Below the pieces are notes generated by a model. That model was not told the origin of the DNA. It did not search any database and saw nothing but the letters and a program-made list of their open reading frames with translations. A stretch of DNA of 59,303 nucleotides, taken from IMG/VR virus record IMGVR_UViG_3300030095_000202, positions 1 to 59,303 of that record. The stretch is one strand, 5' to 3'. Positions within the stretch are counted from its first letter, which is position 1. Each line of letters starts with the position of its first letter. The stretch is from a virus (lineage: Duplodnaviria; Caudoviricetes). Positions 8,982 through 19,300 of the stretch are shown in pieces. The translations under genes and the position numbers were made by a program.

Positions 8982-9161
8982 ATGCCGGATATAGATGAAC
9001 GCGTCTCTGCGTTAGAAAGGGATATGGCTGCTTTGCAAACGGAAGTTAGGATACAGTTTAAAGAGGTCTTTACTAGGATAAAGCGTCTTGAGACCGTACT
9101 TATAGCTACATCTGGCGCAACCATTATTATGCTGTTAACAATTCTTAGTCGTATGGGGTAA
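8982..9161 (+). CDS. Small coiled-coil protein with C-terminal TM helix (holin/XhlA-like), absent from the ORF track
   Basis: AAGGGG RBS. MPDIDERVSALERDMAALQTEVRIQFKEVFTRIKRLETVLIATSGATIIMLLTILSRMG, 59 aa. Confidence 0.75.
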   Translation: MPDIDERVSALERDMAALQTEVRIQFKEVFTRIKRLETVLIATSGATIIMLLTILSRMG

Positions 9162-9165
9162 GCAT

Positions 9166-9378
9166 GTGGTACACGTTTTTGTTCTTATACTATATATAGG
9201 CATAGGATCAGAACGTGCGGCAATAAGTAGTGATTTATATTTTAAAAGATTAGATATATGTAATTGGTACGCTGAACACTTAGTTAGGCGCTTCGGGTAT
9301 CCCGAAACAAGAGATTATGGTACAGCTTATTGCGTACCTAAATCAGTCGATCCTAGTAAGGTGAAGATTTATGATTGA
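9166..9378 (+). CDS. Small hypothetical protein with hydrophobic N-terminus and 2 Cys
   Basis: Fills the gap in the operon. Confidence 0.65.
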   Translation: MVHVFVLILYIGIGSERAAISSDLYFKRLDICNWYAEHLVRRFGYPETRDYGTAYCVPKSVDPSKVKIYD

Positions 9379-9850
9379 CCCTGTAACAGCATTTGCAGCA
9401 GCTAACGCAGCCTTCAAAGGCGTAAAAATGTTGGTCGGCGCAGGCCGTGAAATGCAGGATGTTAGCAAGCAGCTTGGGCAATGGTACTGCGCTGTTGCAG
9501 ATATTTCTAAAGCAGAAACACAGCGTAAGAACCCAACATGGTTAGATAAGAAGACGCACGGAACCGATAACATAGAACAAGAAGCTATGGACATTGTTAT
9601 CCGCAAGAAGACCCTGATGGAAAAAGAAAAAGAGATTAAGTTCATGCTAGACTATAGGTTTGGCTTGGGAACTTACGATGAGATGCTGGGTATGCGCCGC
9701 AAGATACGTGCTGAACGGGAAGAAACTGTATATCGTGCTATGGAAGCAAAGCGTCAAATACAAAATAATATGGCTATAGGTGGGTTAAGTTTAGGTATAT
9801 TGTGTATGTTGGGTGGTGGTATCTATTTAATAATGTTGGCTACACAATGA
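9371..9850 (+). CDS. Hypothetical membrane protein
   Basis: MIDPVTAFAAA start, coiled coil, C-terminal TM helix. Confidence 0.75.
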   Translation: MIDPVTAFAAANAAFKGVKMLVGAGREMQDVSKQLGQWYCAVADISKAETQRKNPTWLDKKTHGTDNIEQEAMDIVIRKKTLMEKEKEIKFMLDYRFGLGTYDEMLGMRRKIRAEREETVYRAMEAKRQIQNNMAIGGLSLGILCMLGGGIYLIMLATQ

Positions 9851-10113
9851 TAAATGCGTTAATACTATCAGTAACGCTTGCGGGAGTTGCTAATCCGACT
9901 CATGTGCAGTGTCACCTGTGGAAGAGGTTTACAGATGCAAACGATCAAAAAGTTTGTGTATACAGATTTACTGCAGGGTATGGTGGCTTGGGGTATCACT
10001 ATCCTACAAAGAGTTTTTCTGAGTGCCCCAAGGTGTTTAGTTGCCTTTATGAGAAGAAGGACAAACGCCCTAGTTTGTCAGAAATACTAGATGGCCTAAA
10101 AGGAGGTTTCTAA
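9847..10113 (+). CDS. Putative secreted Cys-containing protein
   Basis: ATGA-coupled start at 9847, signal-peptide-like N-terminus, 4 Cys. Confidence 0.6.
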   Translation: MINALILSVTLAGVANPTHVQCHLWKRFTDANDQKVCVYRFTAGYGGLGYHYPTKSFSECPKVFSCLYEKKDKRPSLSEILDGLKGGF

Positions 10114-10307
10114 TGACTATGGAGAAGTTCTTAGCGTGGAAGGTTATGCCTCGACTTATGATGTTGGTAATGACGATTATGTATATACGGGTTCTGGAGT
10201 GGGGGATGACTTTAGAGGATTTGTCCACACAGCAGTCCGCGATGATATCAATTTGTTCTGGGTCTATGACAGGCGCATTTGCCGTATGGTTAGGATCAGA
10301 AAAATGA
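10113..10307 (+). CDS. Small two-TM membrane protein
   Basis: AGGAGG RBS and two hydrophobic segments. Confidence 0.7.
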   Translation: MTMEKFLAWKVMPRLMMLVMTIMYIRVLEWGMTLEDLSTQQSAMISICSGSMTGAFAVWLGSEK

Positions 10308-10759
10308 TGGCATTACTGGGAAGTTTACTTGGCTTCGGTAGTTCGTTTTTACCGTCTGTTCTTGATTACTTTAAGGCAAACCAAGCGCAGAAACACCGTA
10401 TGGAAATGATGCAGCTAGAGACAGAACTTGCACAAAAGCGGTCTGAGATGAAGCTGGTCGAGCTAGATAAAAAAGCTGACATTGAAGAAACAAGAGGGTT
10501 GTATGAGCATGACCGATCTATTGACGCTGGAGGATTTATCAACGCTCTCAGGGGTAGTGTTCGTCCTATTGTTACTTATGCCTTTTTCGGATTGTTCGTA
10601 GCCACGAAGGTTGTGATTATGGTTAAGGTTACGCAGGCTGGTGGTGATTGGATGCAGGCAGTTGATCTAATGTGGGATGGAGAAACCTCTGGTTTGTTCA
10701 GTGCTGTGTTAGCGTTTTGGTTTGGAAATAGAGCAATCTCTAAATATGCGGGGAAGTAG
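10304..10759 (+). CDS. Putative holin (3TM type)
   Basis: Start moved to ATG 10304. LRGSVRPIVTY and FWFGNR motifs. Directly upstream of the endolysin. Confidence 0.65.
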   Translation: MMALLGSLLGFGSSFLPSVLDYFKANQAQKHRMEMMQLETELAQKRSEMKLVELDKKADIEETRGLYEHDRSIDAGGFINALRGSVRPIVTYAFFGLFVATKVVIMVKVTQAGGDWMQAVDLMWDGETSGLFSAVLAFWFGNRAISKYAGK

Positions 10760-10761
10760 TT

Positions 10762-11217
10762 ATGGGCTACAAGTTAGGAAAACGAAGCCTGTCAAGGCTA
10801 GAAGGTGTAGACGAAAGTCTGGTAACTGTCGTGAAGTACGCCATAGGTGTTACCAAACAAGACTTCTCGGTAATCTGCGGACTGCGAACAATAGACGAGC
10901 AACGTGCTTTAGTAGCAAAAGGCGCGTCGCAAACCATGAAGTCAAAACACATTGATGGTAATGCTGTGGACCTAATGGCCTACTGTAACGGTGGGGGTCG
11001 GTGGGAGCTTAACCTGTACGATGAGATTGCCGACGCTATGAAAGAAGGCGCAGAGGCTGCGGGTGTTAAGTTACGATGGGGCGCTGCATGGACTATTGAT
11101 GATCTAGGCGCTTACGATGGCACAGCAGAACATGCTATGTGTTCGTACATAGACACACGTAGATCACAGGCGCGTAGGCCGTTTATTGATGCGCCTCACT
11201 TTGAGCTAATGCTTTAG
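10762..11217 (+). CDS. Endolysin, peptidase M15 family (L-Ala-D-Glu peptidase-like)
   Basis: GLRT..EQ, SKHIDGNAVDL and DAPHFEL zinc-binding motifs as in T5-type lysins. Confidence 0.88.
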   Translation: MGYKLGKRSLSRLEGVDESLVTVVKYAIGVTKQDFSVICGLRTIDEQRALVAKGASQTMKSKHIDGNAVDLMAYCNGGGRWELNLYDEIADAMKEGAEAAGVKLRWGAAWTIDDLGAYDGTAEHAMCSYIDTRRSQARRPFIDAPHFELML

Positions 11218-11228
11218 GAGAGTTATCT

Positions 11229-13091
11229 ATGGCCTATACAAAACTGCAGTTCAAACCGGGAATTGTCCGCGATGTTACACGATATAGTAATGATGGTGGT
11301 TGGTTTGATAGTAATCGCATTAGGTTTCGTATGGGTTTTCCTGAAACTATTGGGGGTTGGACAAGATTTAATCCTGTAGCTTTTTTGGGTTCGTGTAGGT
11401 CATTATTTAACTGGACTAATCTATCAGGAGAAGATTTTATAGGTGCGGGTACTAGCCTAAAGTTTTATATATTTGAAGGTAATCAGGCTAACGATATAAC
11501 TCCTATAAGGTCATCTAACAATGCGGTCACGTTTGCGGCTACTAATGGGTCAAGCACTATAACTGCTACGGATACGTCACATGGAGCGGTATTAAATGAC
11601 TTTGTTACGTTTTCGGGAGCAGCATCGTTAGGAGGTCAAATAACGGCTGCGGTGTTAAACCGTGAATATCAAATAACTGAAATAGTAAGTCCCGATGCTT
11701 ATAAATTTGTAGCCACAGCTACAGCTAATGGTTCTGATAGTGGTAATGGCGGTGCTAGTGCTAAGGCTGCGTATCAAATAAACACAGGACAAGCTAACGC
11801 TACTTTTGGCGCAGGTTGGGGCGCAGGTATATGGGGGCGAGGTACGTGGAGTTCTGCAGCTAATGTAACCGTCCCTGTTGCATCGTTACGCTTGTGGTCT
11901 CAAGATAACTTTGGTGAAGACCTTATTATAAACGTGCGTAATGGGGGTATATTTTATTGGGACACTTCAGGTGGAGTATCTAGTCGAGCAGTCGCGCTAT
12001 CTAGTTTAAGTGGCGCACAGTCTGCGCCTACTGTAGCTGCTATTGTTTTAGTGTCTGAAAAAGATCGACACGTAATCGCATTTGGGTGTGATCCTGAGAG
12101 TGCTTCTGGTACACAAGACCCTTTAACAATTAGGTTTTCTAGCCAAGAATCAGCTACAGAATGGCGAACCTTAGACACTAATACTGCAGGAGAACTGCAA
12201 CTGAGTTCTGGTAGCGCAATTATTGCGGCGGTGCAGACTAAACAACAAATCCTTATTTTAACAGATATATCTGCACATGCGATGCAGTATGTAGGTGATC
12301 CATTTATTTACGGTATTTCAGAAGTATCTAGAAACATATCTATAGTAGGGCAGAACGCTGCTGTGGCTATCGGAGATGCCGTATACTGGATGGGTAGAGG
12401 GCAATTCTATTTATATAATGGTAATGTTAAAGAAATACCCTGCTCAGTAAAAGAATACGTATTTACAGATTTAAACTTACCACAACAATCTAAAGTTATG
12501 GCAGGTAGCAATACAGCTTTTTCTGAGGTGTGGTGGTTCTATCCTTCTTTAAATTCAGAAAACAATGATAAGTATGTAGTGTTTAATTATGCTGAAAATA
12601 TCTGGTATTATGGCACCCTTAGCCGCACTGCATGGATAGACAATACTCACGCGGGAAATCCTATAGCTGCAGCTACAGATGGGTATTTATACACACATGA
12701 GATTGGTACTGATGACGGCAGTACAACTCCTGCATCTAGTATAGATGCGTTTATAGAATCTAGTCCTATAGAGTTAAGTGACGGTAATCAGTTTATGTTT
12801 GGGCGTAGGTTATTACCTGATATATCATTTAGAAATTCTACAAGTGTAGGAACTGCATCTGCAGAACTTAGCCTATCTGCTAGAAACAGTCCGGGCGGTA
12901 GTGCTTTTGGTACTGAAGATAACACATTAACAGGACAACCAATACCTGTAGGTACATTTACTGAAGAAGTAGATATACGGATTAGAGGTCGCTCAGTAGC
13001 GTTAAAGTTAGCTTCCATATCCAGTGTTCCCGGTGTTTCGTGGCGGTTGGGTACTCCTAGAATAGATGTACGTCCAGATGGGAGACGATGA
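11229..13091 (+). CDS. Tail nozzle / head-closure (stabilization) protein
   Basis: 620-aa beta-propeller-like sequence placed before the internal virion genes. Confidence 0.65.
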   Translation: MAYTKLQFKPGIVRDVTRYSNDGGWFDSNRIRFRMGFPETIGGWTRFNPVAFLGSCRSLFNWTNLSGEDFIGAGTSLKFYIFEGNQANDITPIRSSNNAVTFAATNGSSTITATDTSHGAVLNDFVTFSGAASLGGQITAAVLNREYQITEIVSPDAYKFVATATANGSDSGNGGASAKAAYQINTGQANATFGAGWGAGIWGRGTWSSAANVTVPVASLRLWSQDNFGEDLIINVRNGGIFYWDTSGGVSSRAVALSSLSGAQSAPTVAAIVLVSEKDRHVIAFGCDPESASGTQDPLTIRFSSQESATEWRTLDTNTAGELQLSSGSAIIAAVQTKQQILILTDISAHAMQYVGDPFIYGISEVSRNISIVGQNAAVAIGDAVYWMGRGQFYLYNGNVKEIPCSVKEYVFTDLNLPQQSKVMAGSNTAFSEVWWFYPSLNSENNDKYVVFNYAENIWYYGTLSRTAWIDNTHAGNPIAAATDGYLYTHEIGTDDGSTTPASSIDAFIESSPIELSDGNQFMFGRRLLPDISFRNSTSVGTASAELSLSARNSPGGSAFGTEDNTLTGQPIPVGTFTEEVDIRIRGRSVALKLASISSVPGVSWRLGTPRIDVRPDGRR

Positions 13092-13342
13092 TGACTACTG
13101 AAGTACCTGTCCCATTCTTTGCTGATGCTCCTGAAGAGTACGATGCGGTGTACTTTGCACAGATGACGCGTAGCTTTGCATTATACGCACAGCAAATGAA
13201 TAATCCCGGCCCTATGCGGGGTACAACTCTAGTGATGACTAATCTCCCTGTGTTTGCTAATAACACAGCAGCGGTATCTGGCGGACTAGCCGTTAACAGT
13301 GTCTACAAGACTTCTGGCGGTGAACTGAGGATAGTAGTATGA
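13088..13342 (+). CDS. Hypothetical virion protein
   Basis: Coupled ORF. Confidence 0.7.
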   Translation: MMTTEVPVPFFADAPEEYDAVYFAQMTRSFALYAQQMNNPGPMRGTTLVMTNLPVFANNTAAVSGGLAVNSVYKTSGGELRIVV

Positions 13343-13355
13343 AGGATATTTTCTA

Positions 13356-14822
13356 ATGGGTTTTTGGTCTGACACATTCGGCGGCGGAAATAGCTTTTCT
13401 GAAAGCGTAGCAAACGTAACTACTCCGGGAGACAACTACGAGTATCGTGGGGGTACGTTATATGAAGGTGATAGTCCTCTTGACCCTTCTAAATACGGGC
13501 AAAAAACTTCATATGGCACATTAGGCCAAGCCGATTCTTCAAATACAAATCAATTAAGTTATAGTCAAAGTTCTAACAATCCTAACAGTTCTACTGCACG
13601 AGCTAATGCTCAAGCAGGTACACCTACAACATTAGGTTCTAACGCTACAAGTGACAGGGGTGGTCTTGCTAATGGTCTTGGTGCTATAACACGTAGCCCC
13701 GTAATGATGGGTGGCCTTGGACTTATAACAGGAGGGCTTCCGGGGCTAATGCTTGGCGCGGGTGGCGCACAGATTAGAAATAATATGTATGGCGTACCTC
13801 AAATTGTTGATCCTAAAGCTACAGAACTAAAAGGAGACGCGGCAATCCGTGCAGCCGTTGGTGAGGCTATGGGTCCGGGAAAGATGACCACAGCAGGCAT
13901 GGGAGAAGGAACGTCTTTATTTGGAGGTAGGCGTGGTCCTGATGGATATACAAGTGACATACGAACTGCGGGTGAACCACATGACAGAATACGAGGTGCT
14001 TTTTACAAAAGAGATGCAAAAGGGAATGTAGATTACAACAAGGCGTTTAAAATTAACACTTTTGGTAATAGTTATGAAATAGATACCGAAGGACAAAACA
14101 TAGGTAATTCTTCTCAGATTCGTAGAGATGCCGAAGCTGCTATGATGCCTGATGATGGCGGTATTGCTATGGTACGTCGCGCTGCTCCTATAACACAGGC
14201 TACCGTACCTACCGATGGTTTACCCGCTGCGAGTGCTATGTCTCAAGAGGCTGCGGCGGGTCAGTTTATGCCTATACCTAACCCCGACTATGATCCTACA
14301 GACCCGTTATCTCCAAGATATATTATTAACCCAACATACGATCAGCTTGTCGAGTATAAAAAATCTGTAACGGGTATGGCAAAAGGTGGTGAGGTTGAGT
14401 CGGCGTTAGGTGGTAATGAGAAAGACCTAATTAACGATGCTGAAAAAGCCATACGTGGTGAGTTAGACGAGACTAGGGCCGCTATTATTCTTGCTCAATA
14501 CGTGCAGCAGTACGGAGAAGATGCGTTAAGAGACTTGGTAGATAGTGTACGTACTGGTTCTGCTCAAGAGACTCGGGATCGCTTTGCGCGGGGTGATAAT
14601 GGATACGTAAATGGCAATGGTGATGGATCAGGCACAGACGATAAAGTACCCGCTAAACTCAAAGAAGGCAATTCTGAACAAGATGTATTGCTGGCAGAAG
14701 GTGAGTTTGTGTTGCGTAAAGACGCTTATGAAGCATTAAAAGATGCAGGGGTAAACGTAGATAAGGTAAATGATGCGGGTTCTAATGCAGCTAAAGAACT
14801 TAATAAGATGATGACCGGATGA
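13356..14822 (+). CDS. Internal virion (ejection) protein with a tape-measure-like C-terminal motif
   Basis: Gly-rich hydrophobic segment, then MAKGGEV...GDGSGTDDKVPA...EGEFVL. Confidence 0.6.
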   Translation: MGFWSDTFGGGNSFSESVANVTTPGDNYEYRGGTLYEGDSPLDPSKYGQKTSYGTLGQADSSNTNQLSYSQSSNNPNSSTARANAQAGTPTTLGSNATSDRGGLANGLGAITRSPVMMGGLGLITGGLPGLMLGAGGAQIRNNMYGVPQIVDPKATELKGDAAIRAAVGEAMGPGKMTTAGMGEGTSLFGGRRGPDGYTSDIRTAGEPHDRIRGAFYKRDAKGNVDYNKAFKINTFGNSYEIDTEGQNIGNSSQIRRDAEAAMMPDDGGIAMVRRAAPITQATVPTDGLPAASAMSQEAAAGQFMPIPNPDYDPTDPLSPRYIINPTYDQLVEYKKSVTGMAKGGEVESALGGNEKDLINDAEKAIRGELDETRAAIILAQYVQQYGEDALRDLVDSVRTGSAQETRDRFARGDNGYVNGNGDGSGTDDKVPAKLKEGNSEQDVLLAEGEFVLRKDAYEALKDAGVNVDKVNDAGSNAAKELNKMMTG

Positions 14823-15268
14823 AAGATGTGATTGTAGAAAACAACCCTGTCATAACACCTGTACCTATTGAGTACCTAGATACGGTGTGGCCTCAAGTTG
14901 AGGAGTTTATGGATCGTGCGGTGCGGACTACAAACGACAAGTTTACTACTCAAAGCGTTTATGATGATATAAAACGTAGTTTTTATACGTTATGGATTAT
15001 TGTTAAAGATGATGTTATTGTGACCGCACTTACAACTCGCATACTAGAATACCCTAATAAACGTGGGCTAGCGGTTGATTGGGTTGGTGGTGGCAATATG
15101 GTAGAGGTCTTAGCTTTGTCTCAGTCTACACTACGTAAATACGCTAAAGATAATAACTGTGACCATCTTGAAGGTTACGGACGTAAGGCATGGGGGCGAT
15201 GCCTAAAGAAGTATGGCTGGAAGCCAGAATACATTGCTTACAAAATGGAGTTATCCGATGGGCGGTAG
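14819..15268 (+). CDS. Putative GNAT-fold protein of the internal virion cluster
   Basis: Size and position, plus the EGYGRKAWGRCLKKYGW motif. Confidence 0.5.
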   Translation: MKDVIVENNPVITPVPIEYLDTVWPQVEEFMDRAVRTTNDKFTTQSVYDDIKRSFYTLWIIVKDDVIVTALTTRILEYPNKRGLAVDWVGGGNMVEVLALSQSTLRKYAKDNNCDHLEGYGRKAWGRCLKKYGWKPEYIAYKMELSDGR

Positions 15269-16319
15269 TAAAACGGTATACAACACAACTACTCAACAGG
15301 GTTCTTCACAGGCAGATTTACCTGCATGGGCTAAACCTTACTTTGAACGTAATCTAGCTAGAGCCGAAGCTGAGTATGGCAAACCATATGAAGCCTATAC
15401 AGGTGATCGGATTGCAGGTCAAAGCCAAGATACGCTTGATGCCATATCGGGTACGCGTGACCTTGCTAACCGAGAGGTGGGAATAACAGGTCTTTCTGGC
15501 GCACAAGATTATATGACAGATGGCATGGTTACGGCTGAAGGGTTATCAGACTATACCCCCAATACGTTTAGTGAATATGATTATGATGATGCTGCTAAAT
15601 TTACGGGCGCTAATGTAGGGCAGTACATGAATCCCTACACACAGAATGTTGTAGATCGGCAAAAAGCCGAAGCCATGCGGGATTTTCAACGAACTCAAGG
15701 CGCTAGAAATGCACAAGCAGTACAGGCGGGTGCGTTTGGTGGATCACGCGGCGCGGTACGTAACTTTCTAGCTGAAGATGCTATGATGAACCGTATGGGT
15801 ATGATTCAAGATAAGGGACTGCGTGACGCTTACAAAGATGCAACCACACAGTTTACTGCCGCTCGTAAAGCAGACATGGATGTTGACAAGGCTCGCGCTG
15901 CAGAGCTTGCACGGTTTGAGAAGTCTACGGAGGACGCAGATCAGTTTGCTGCTAAACAAGGACTTGCTGCACTAGGTGTAGGGGCAGGACTTGCTAAAGA
16001 TTCGGTGGCTTTGGGTGAGTTAGATCGTCAAACCGACATACAAAACCTACAGCTACTAGAAGGTATCGGCGCTGCTGCAGAAGGCAGAGACCAGCAACAA
16101 CTTGACTTAGACTACAATGAGTTCTTAGCCAAAAAAGGCTACACCGCAGAACAAATTGGTAACATGACGGGCATCTTATCGGGTATGCCGATTGCTGCTA
16201 CAGGTACAAATACGTATCAGGGTACATCTACTACTCCTCAAGAAAGGCCGGGAACGCTACAACAGCTAGCGGGTGCAGGGCTTACGGGACTATCTCTCTA
16301 TAAAGCCTATGGGGGTTAA
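15258..16319 (+). CDS. Internal virion / DNA-ejection protein
   Basis: GGAG RBS, MGGSK start, YMNPY and AGAFGGSR motifs, Ala/Gln-rich helices. Confidence 0.7.
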   Translation: MGGSKTVYNTTTQQGSSQADLPAWAKPYFERNLARAEAEYGKPYEAYTGDRIAGQSQDTLDAISGTRDLANREVGITGLSGAQDYMTDGMVTAEGLSDYTPNTFSEYDYDDAAKFTGANVGQYMNPYTQNVVDRQKAEAMRDFQRTQGARNAQAVQAGAFGGSRGAVRNFLAEDAMMNRMGMIQDKGLRDAYKDATTQFTAARKADMDVDKARAAELARFEKSTEDADQFAAKQGLAALGVGAGLAKDSVALGELDRQTDIQNLQLLEGIGAAAEGRDQQQLDLDYNEFLAKKGYTAEQIGNMTGILSGMPIAATGTNTYQGTSTTPQERPGTLQQLAGAGLTGLSLYKAYGG

Positions 16320-16321
16320 TT

Positions 16322-19300
16322 ATGGGTATTGCCACTAACTATGAGGCTCACGAAAATACTGTTAAAAGTATGAGTGACCAACAGATAATGCAGGGTATGC
16401 AGAATCCTAATCCTTCTGGTCCCCCGCCTTTTATGCTTTTAGTAGAAGCAAATATCCGCAAAGAAATGCGCGATGAGCAGACACGGCAAGAAGGGCTAGG
16501 CCAGCCCACAGTGTTGCAACAACTAACAGGTACGGCTCCAGCCCCTACACCACAGACTAATGTGGCAGGTATGCCTCAAGGTGTTGCTAGTGGCATGGCA
16601 CAGTCTATGGCCCCTAAGACTAACGTAAATCAAAATACAGGTATAAATACTGTCGCTCGCAACGCTAACGCTGCTGCACCTGTAGCTACTATGGCTAGTG
16701 GCGGTATTCTAAAGATGGCTACCGCAGGTGAAGTAGAGTCAGGATTTATAATACTTAACACCCCTCCTATAACTAGATTTGGAGAAGTGGTTACGGTTAG
16801 TGCAGATACACTAGATAAACTAACAGACAAGTACCCTGATATAATGGCGCAAGCCAATGCTAAAGAACTTGTTGTACCTGCAGGTTCGGAAAAAGGACAA
16901 AACATAGTCAACAGTCCTATGTATAAATCTGCCGCTTACCGTTACCCTAAAAATACGGAAACAGGATATTTAACATTAGTGCGTAGGGTCGATGAAACCG
17001 AGCCTAATATGTTAAAGGCAATGCAGGAAAACGCAAAAGATACAGTAGCTAAAATTAAAGCTGCTGATATTGTTGTAGCTACTGAACCTACTTCTTTTAT
17101 GGACCTTGATACTGTTGATACTCCCGGAGAGGCAGACAGAATATACGAGGCAGAGGTACGTAATTCGTCTAGAGATATACGTGACGCAGTAGCAGGATTT
17201 TCCCCTAACTTGTTTCCTAAAACGGTACGCTCTACAAAAGTAAGGCCAATGCCTATTTATGCAGATGATGATCCTGTATATAATGATGGTGGTTTTAACG
17301 AAAAATTAAGAGGTATACCTTCTGTTATTAAAGACACTAGAATTGATGGTAATGTACTACAAGGTCCAGCAGAACGAGCAGGAGATTACCTTGGAGCTAT
17401 GAGTGGTGTTCAAGCTGGTGTAGATTATCGCGCAGCTAGACGCCAAGAAGCAGCCCAAGTAGAAGCGGGTCGGCAAGCAGCGGCTGTAAGAGCAGAAGCA
17501 GATCGTCAAGCTGCAATACAGAAACGTGGCATTATGAGTGTTGCAGATTCTCAAGCAGCGGAAGTAGATCGTCAAGCTGCTGAAAAGGCTTTAGATGCTA
17601 GGTATCCTAACCTTAAACTGCTACAGCCCGAAGTTACTAACGAAGGATTAGACCCGCAATTTCCTACTGATGGTACGTTGTTAAGTCCTACAGAGGCTCT
17701 GCAGCGCAAAGCTACACGGGTATCTGATAGACCAGAAAGCATACGTATTGATGCTGGAGACCCGGGATTTGCGGACGTTAGAGCCGCAGAAGAAATAGAA
17801 CGTAAACGTCGTATTAACGCAAAAAATATAATTGAACGTGTTGATGAGTCTGCTGTGCCTATTGTAGATAGATTCCCTCCGTTAAGTAAGGCAGAACTTG
17901 GTGCTATGGGCAGTACCGCAGCCGAAGCATATCTTCAAAACATGCGCGGTGAAAAGGGAAGCGTTACCGGATATAATGAAGTAATGTTACCAGCAGTACG
18001 CGAAATGACAGAACGTCAACTGGCGTTTAAACAGAGCTTTCCGGGTTATGGATATGGGGATGGGCCTGCCAAACGGCTAGAAGAGAACCTAAGTGAGTAT
18101 GGAGACTTTATGTCAGAGGTACGTAGTGCGGATGGAGAAGTTCGCCCGTACTATCTCGGACAAGACGGGCTTAAACCTCAATACACATACACAACCCCTA
18201 CTTTCTATAAAGGATTAAATAGGTTTGAAAAGCCCGACGCACGGGAAACCCGAGCAGGTATCGCTGCATACAGCCCCAGTGTTAACCCTAGCATTTTAGA
18301 CACACCTGTATCGTTAGAATATATACAAAGTAATCCTGAGTTACTTAGTGAGTATATGTTTGAACTACGCAAAGAGAACGCAGACAACCCTGCACTTGCA
18401 GATGCAGAGTTTGAAAGACGTTTAGCTGCTGACAAAGCAAAAACTGATGCTTTTGCTGCAAGAAAAACTGTAGAGTCTGATGCAGATAATACACCCGCAC
18501 TTGTAGTTACTTCTACCGGATCAAATGTAGACGCTAGTGGCAATCCGGTAGTTAAAACTGACGATAGTTATACTGATATACTTAAAGATGGAGTTGTCGG
18601 CGCTCTTCCGAGCGTTTTTGACAAAACTATGGAAACAGGAGTCGATGGTATAGTTGGCGGTTTTGACATGTTTAAAAGCATTCTTGAAAATGCGGCTGCA
18701 AACCCATACGGGTCGGACCCATATGATCCTAAAAATTTAAATGAAAGTATAGGTCCAGCAGCGGCTAAAAAATTACGTGACGACGCTAAAGAAACGGCTG
18801 ACGCGTATGGAAATGTACCTTTTGAAGGTATTAAAACTCCCGGTTTAACAGATGCTACAAGAAAGACTTTGACCGAACAAGGATTTAAACCTTCTACCCC
18901 AATGCCTGTTATCGGTGATGGTAGTAACAAAAATGTTAATCCTATGGCTAGTCGTGCTAGTGACTCTCCATCGTCCTACGAGCAGAAGCTGTTGGATATT
19001 CTAGCAGAGCGTGAGAAGTCGGCAGACCAAGACAAGTGGCTGGGTCTAGCTGAGATGGGTATGCGGCTTATGGCTAGCAGTAATCCTAACCTGCTTAGTG
19101 CTATAGGTGAGTCAGGTCTGGGTGCCTTTGGGTCATATAGAAAACAACAAGCAGGACAGGACGCTGAAGAGCTTAACATTCTTAGTAAATTAGCCGATTT
19201 AGATATGGCACAGCAGACGTTACAAGCTCGTAGAGATATTGCAGCGGCAGGTAGAAGCAATAAAAGTGGTTTTACTTTTCCTCAAGCGGTTAACACTCAA

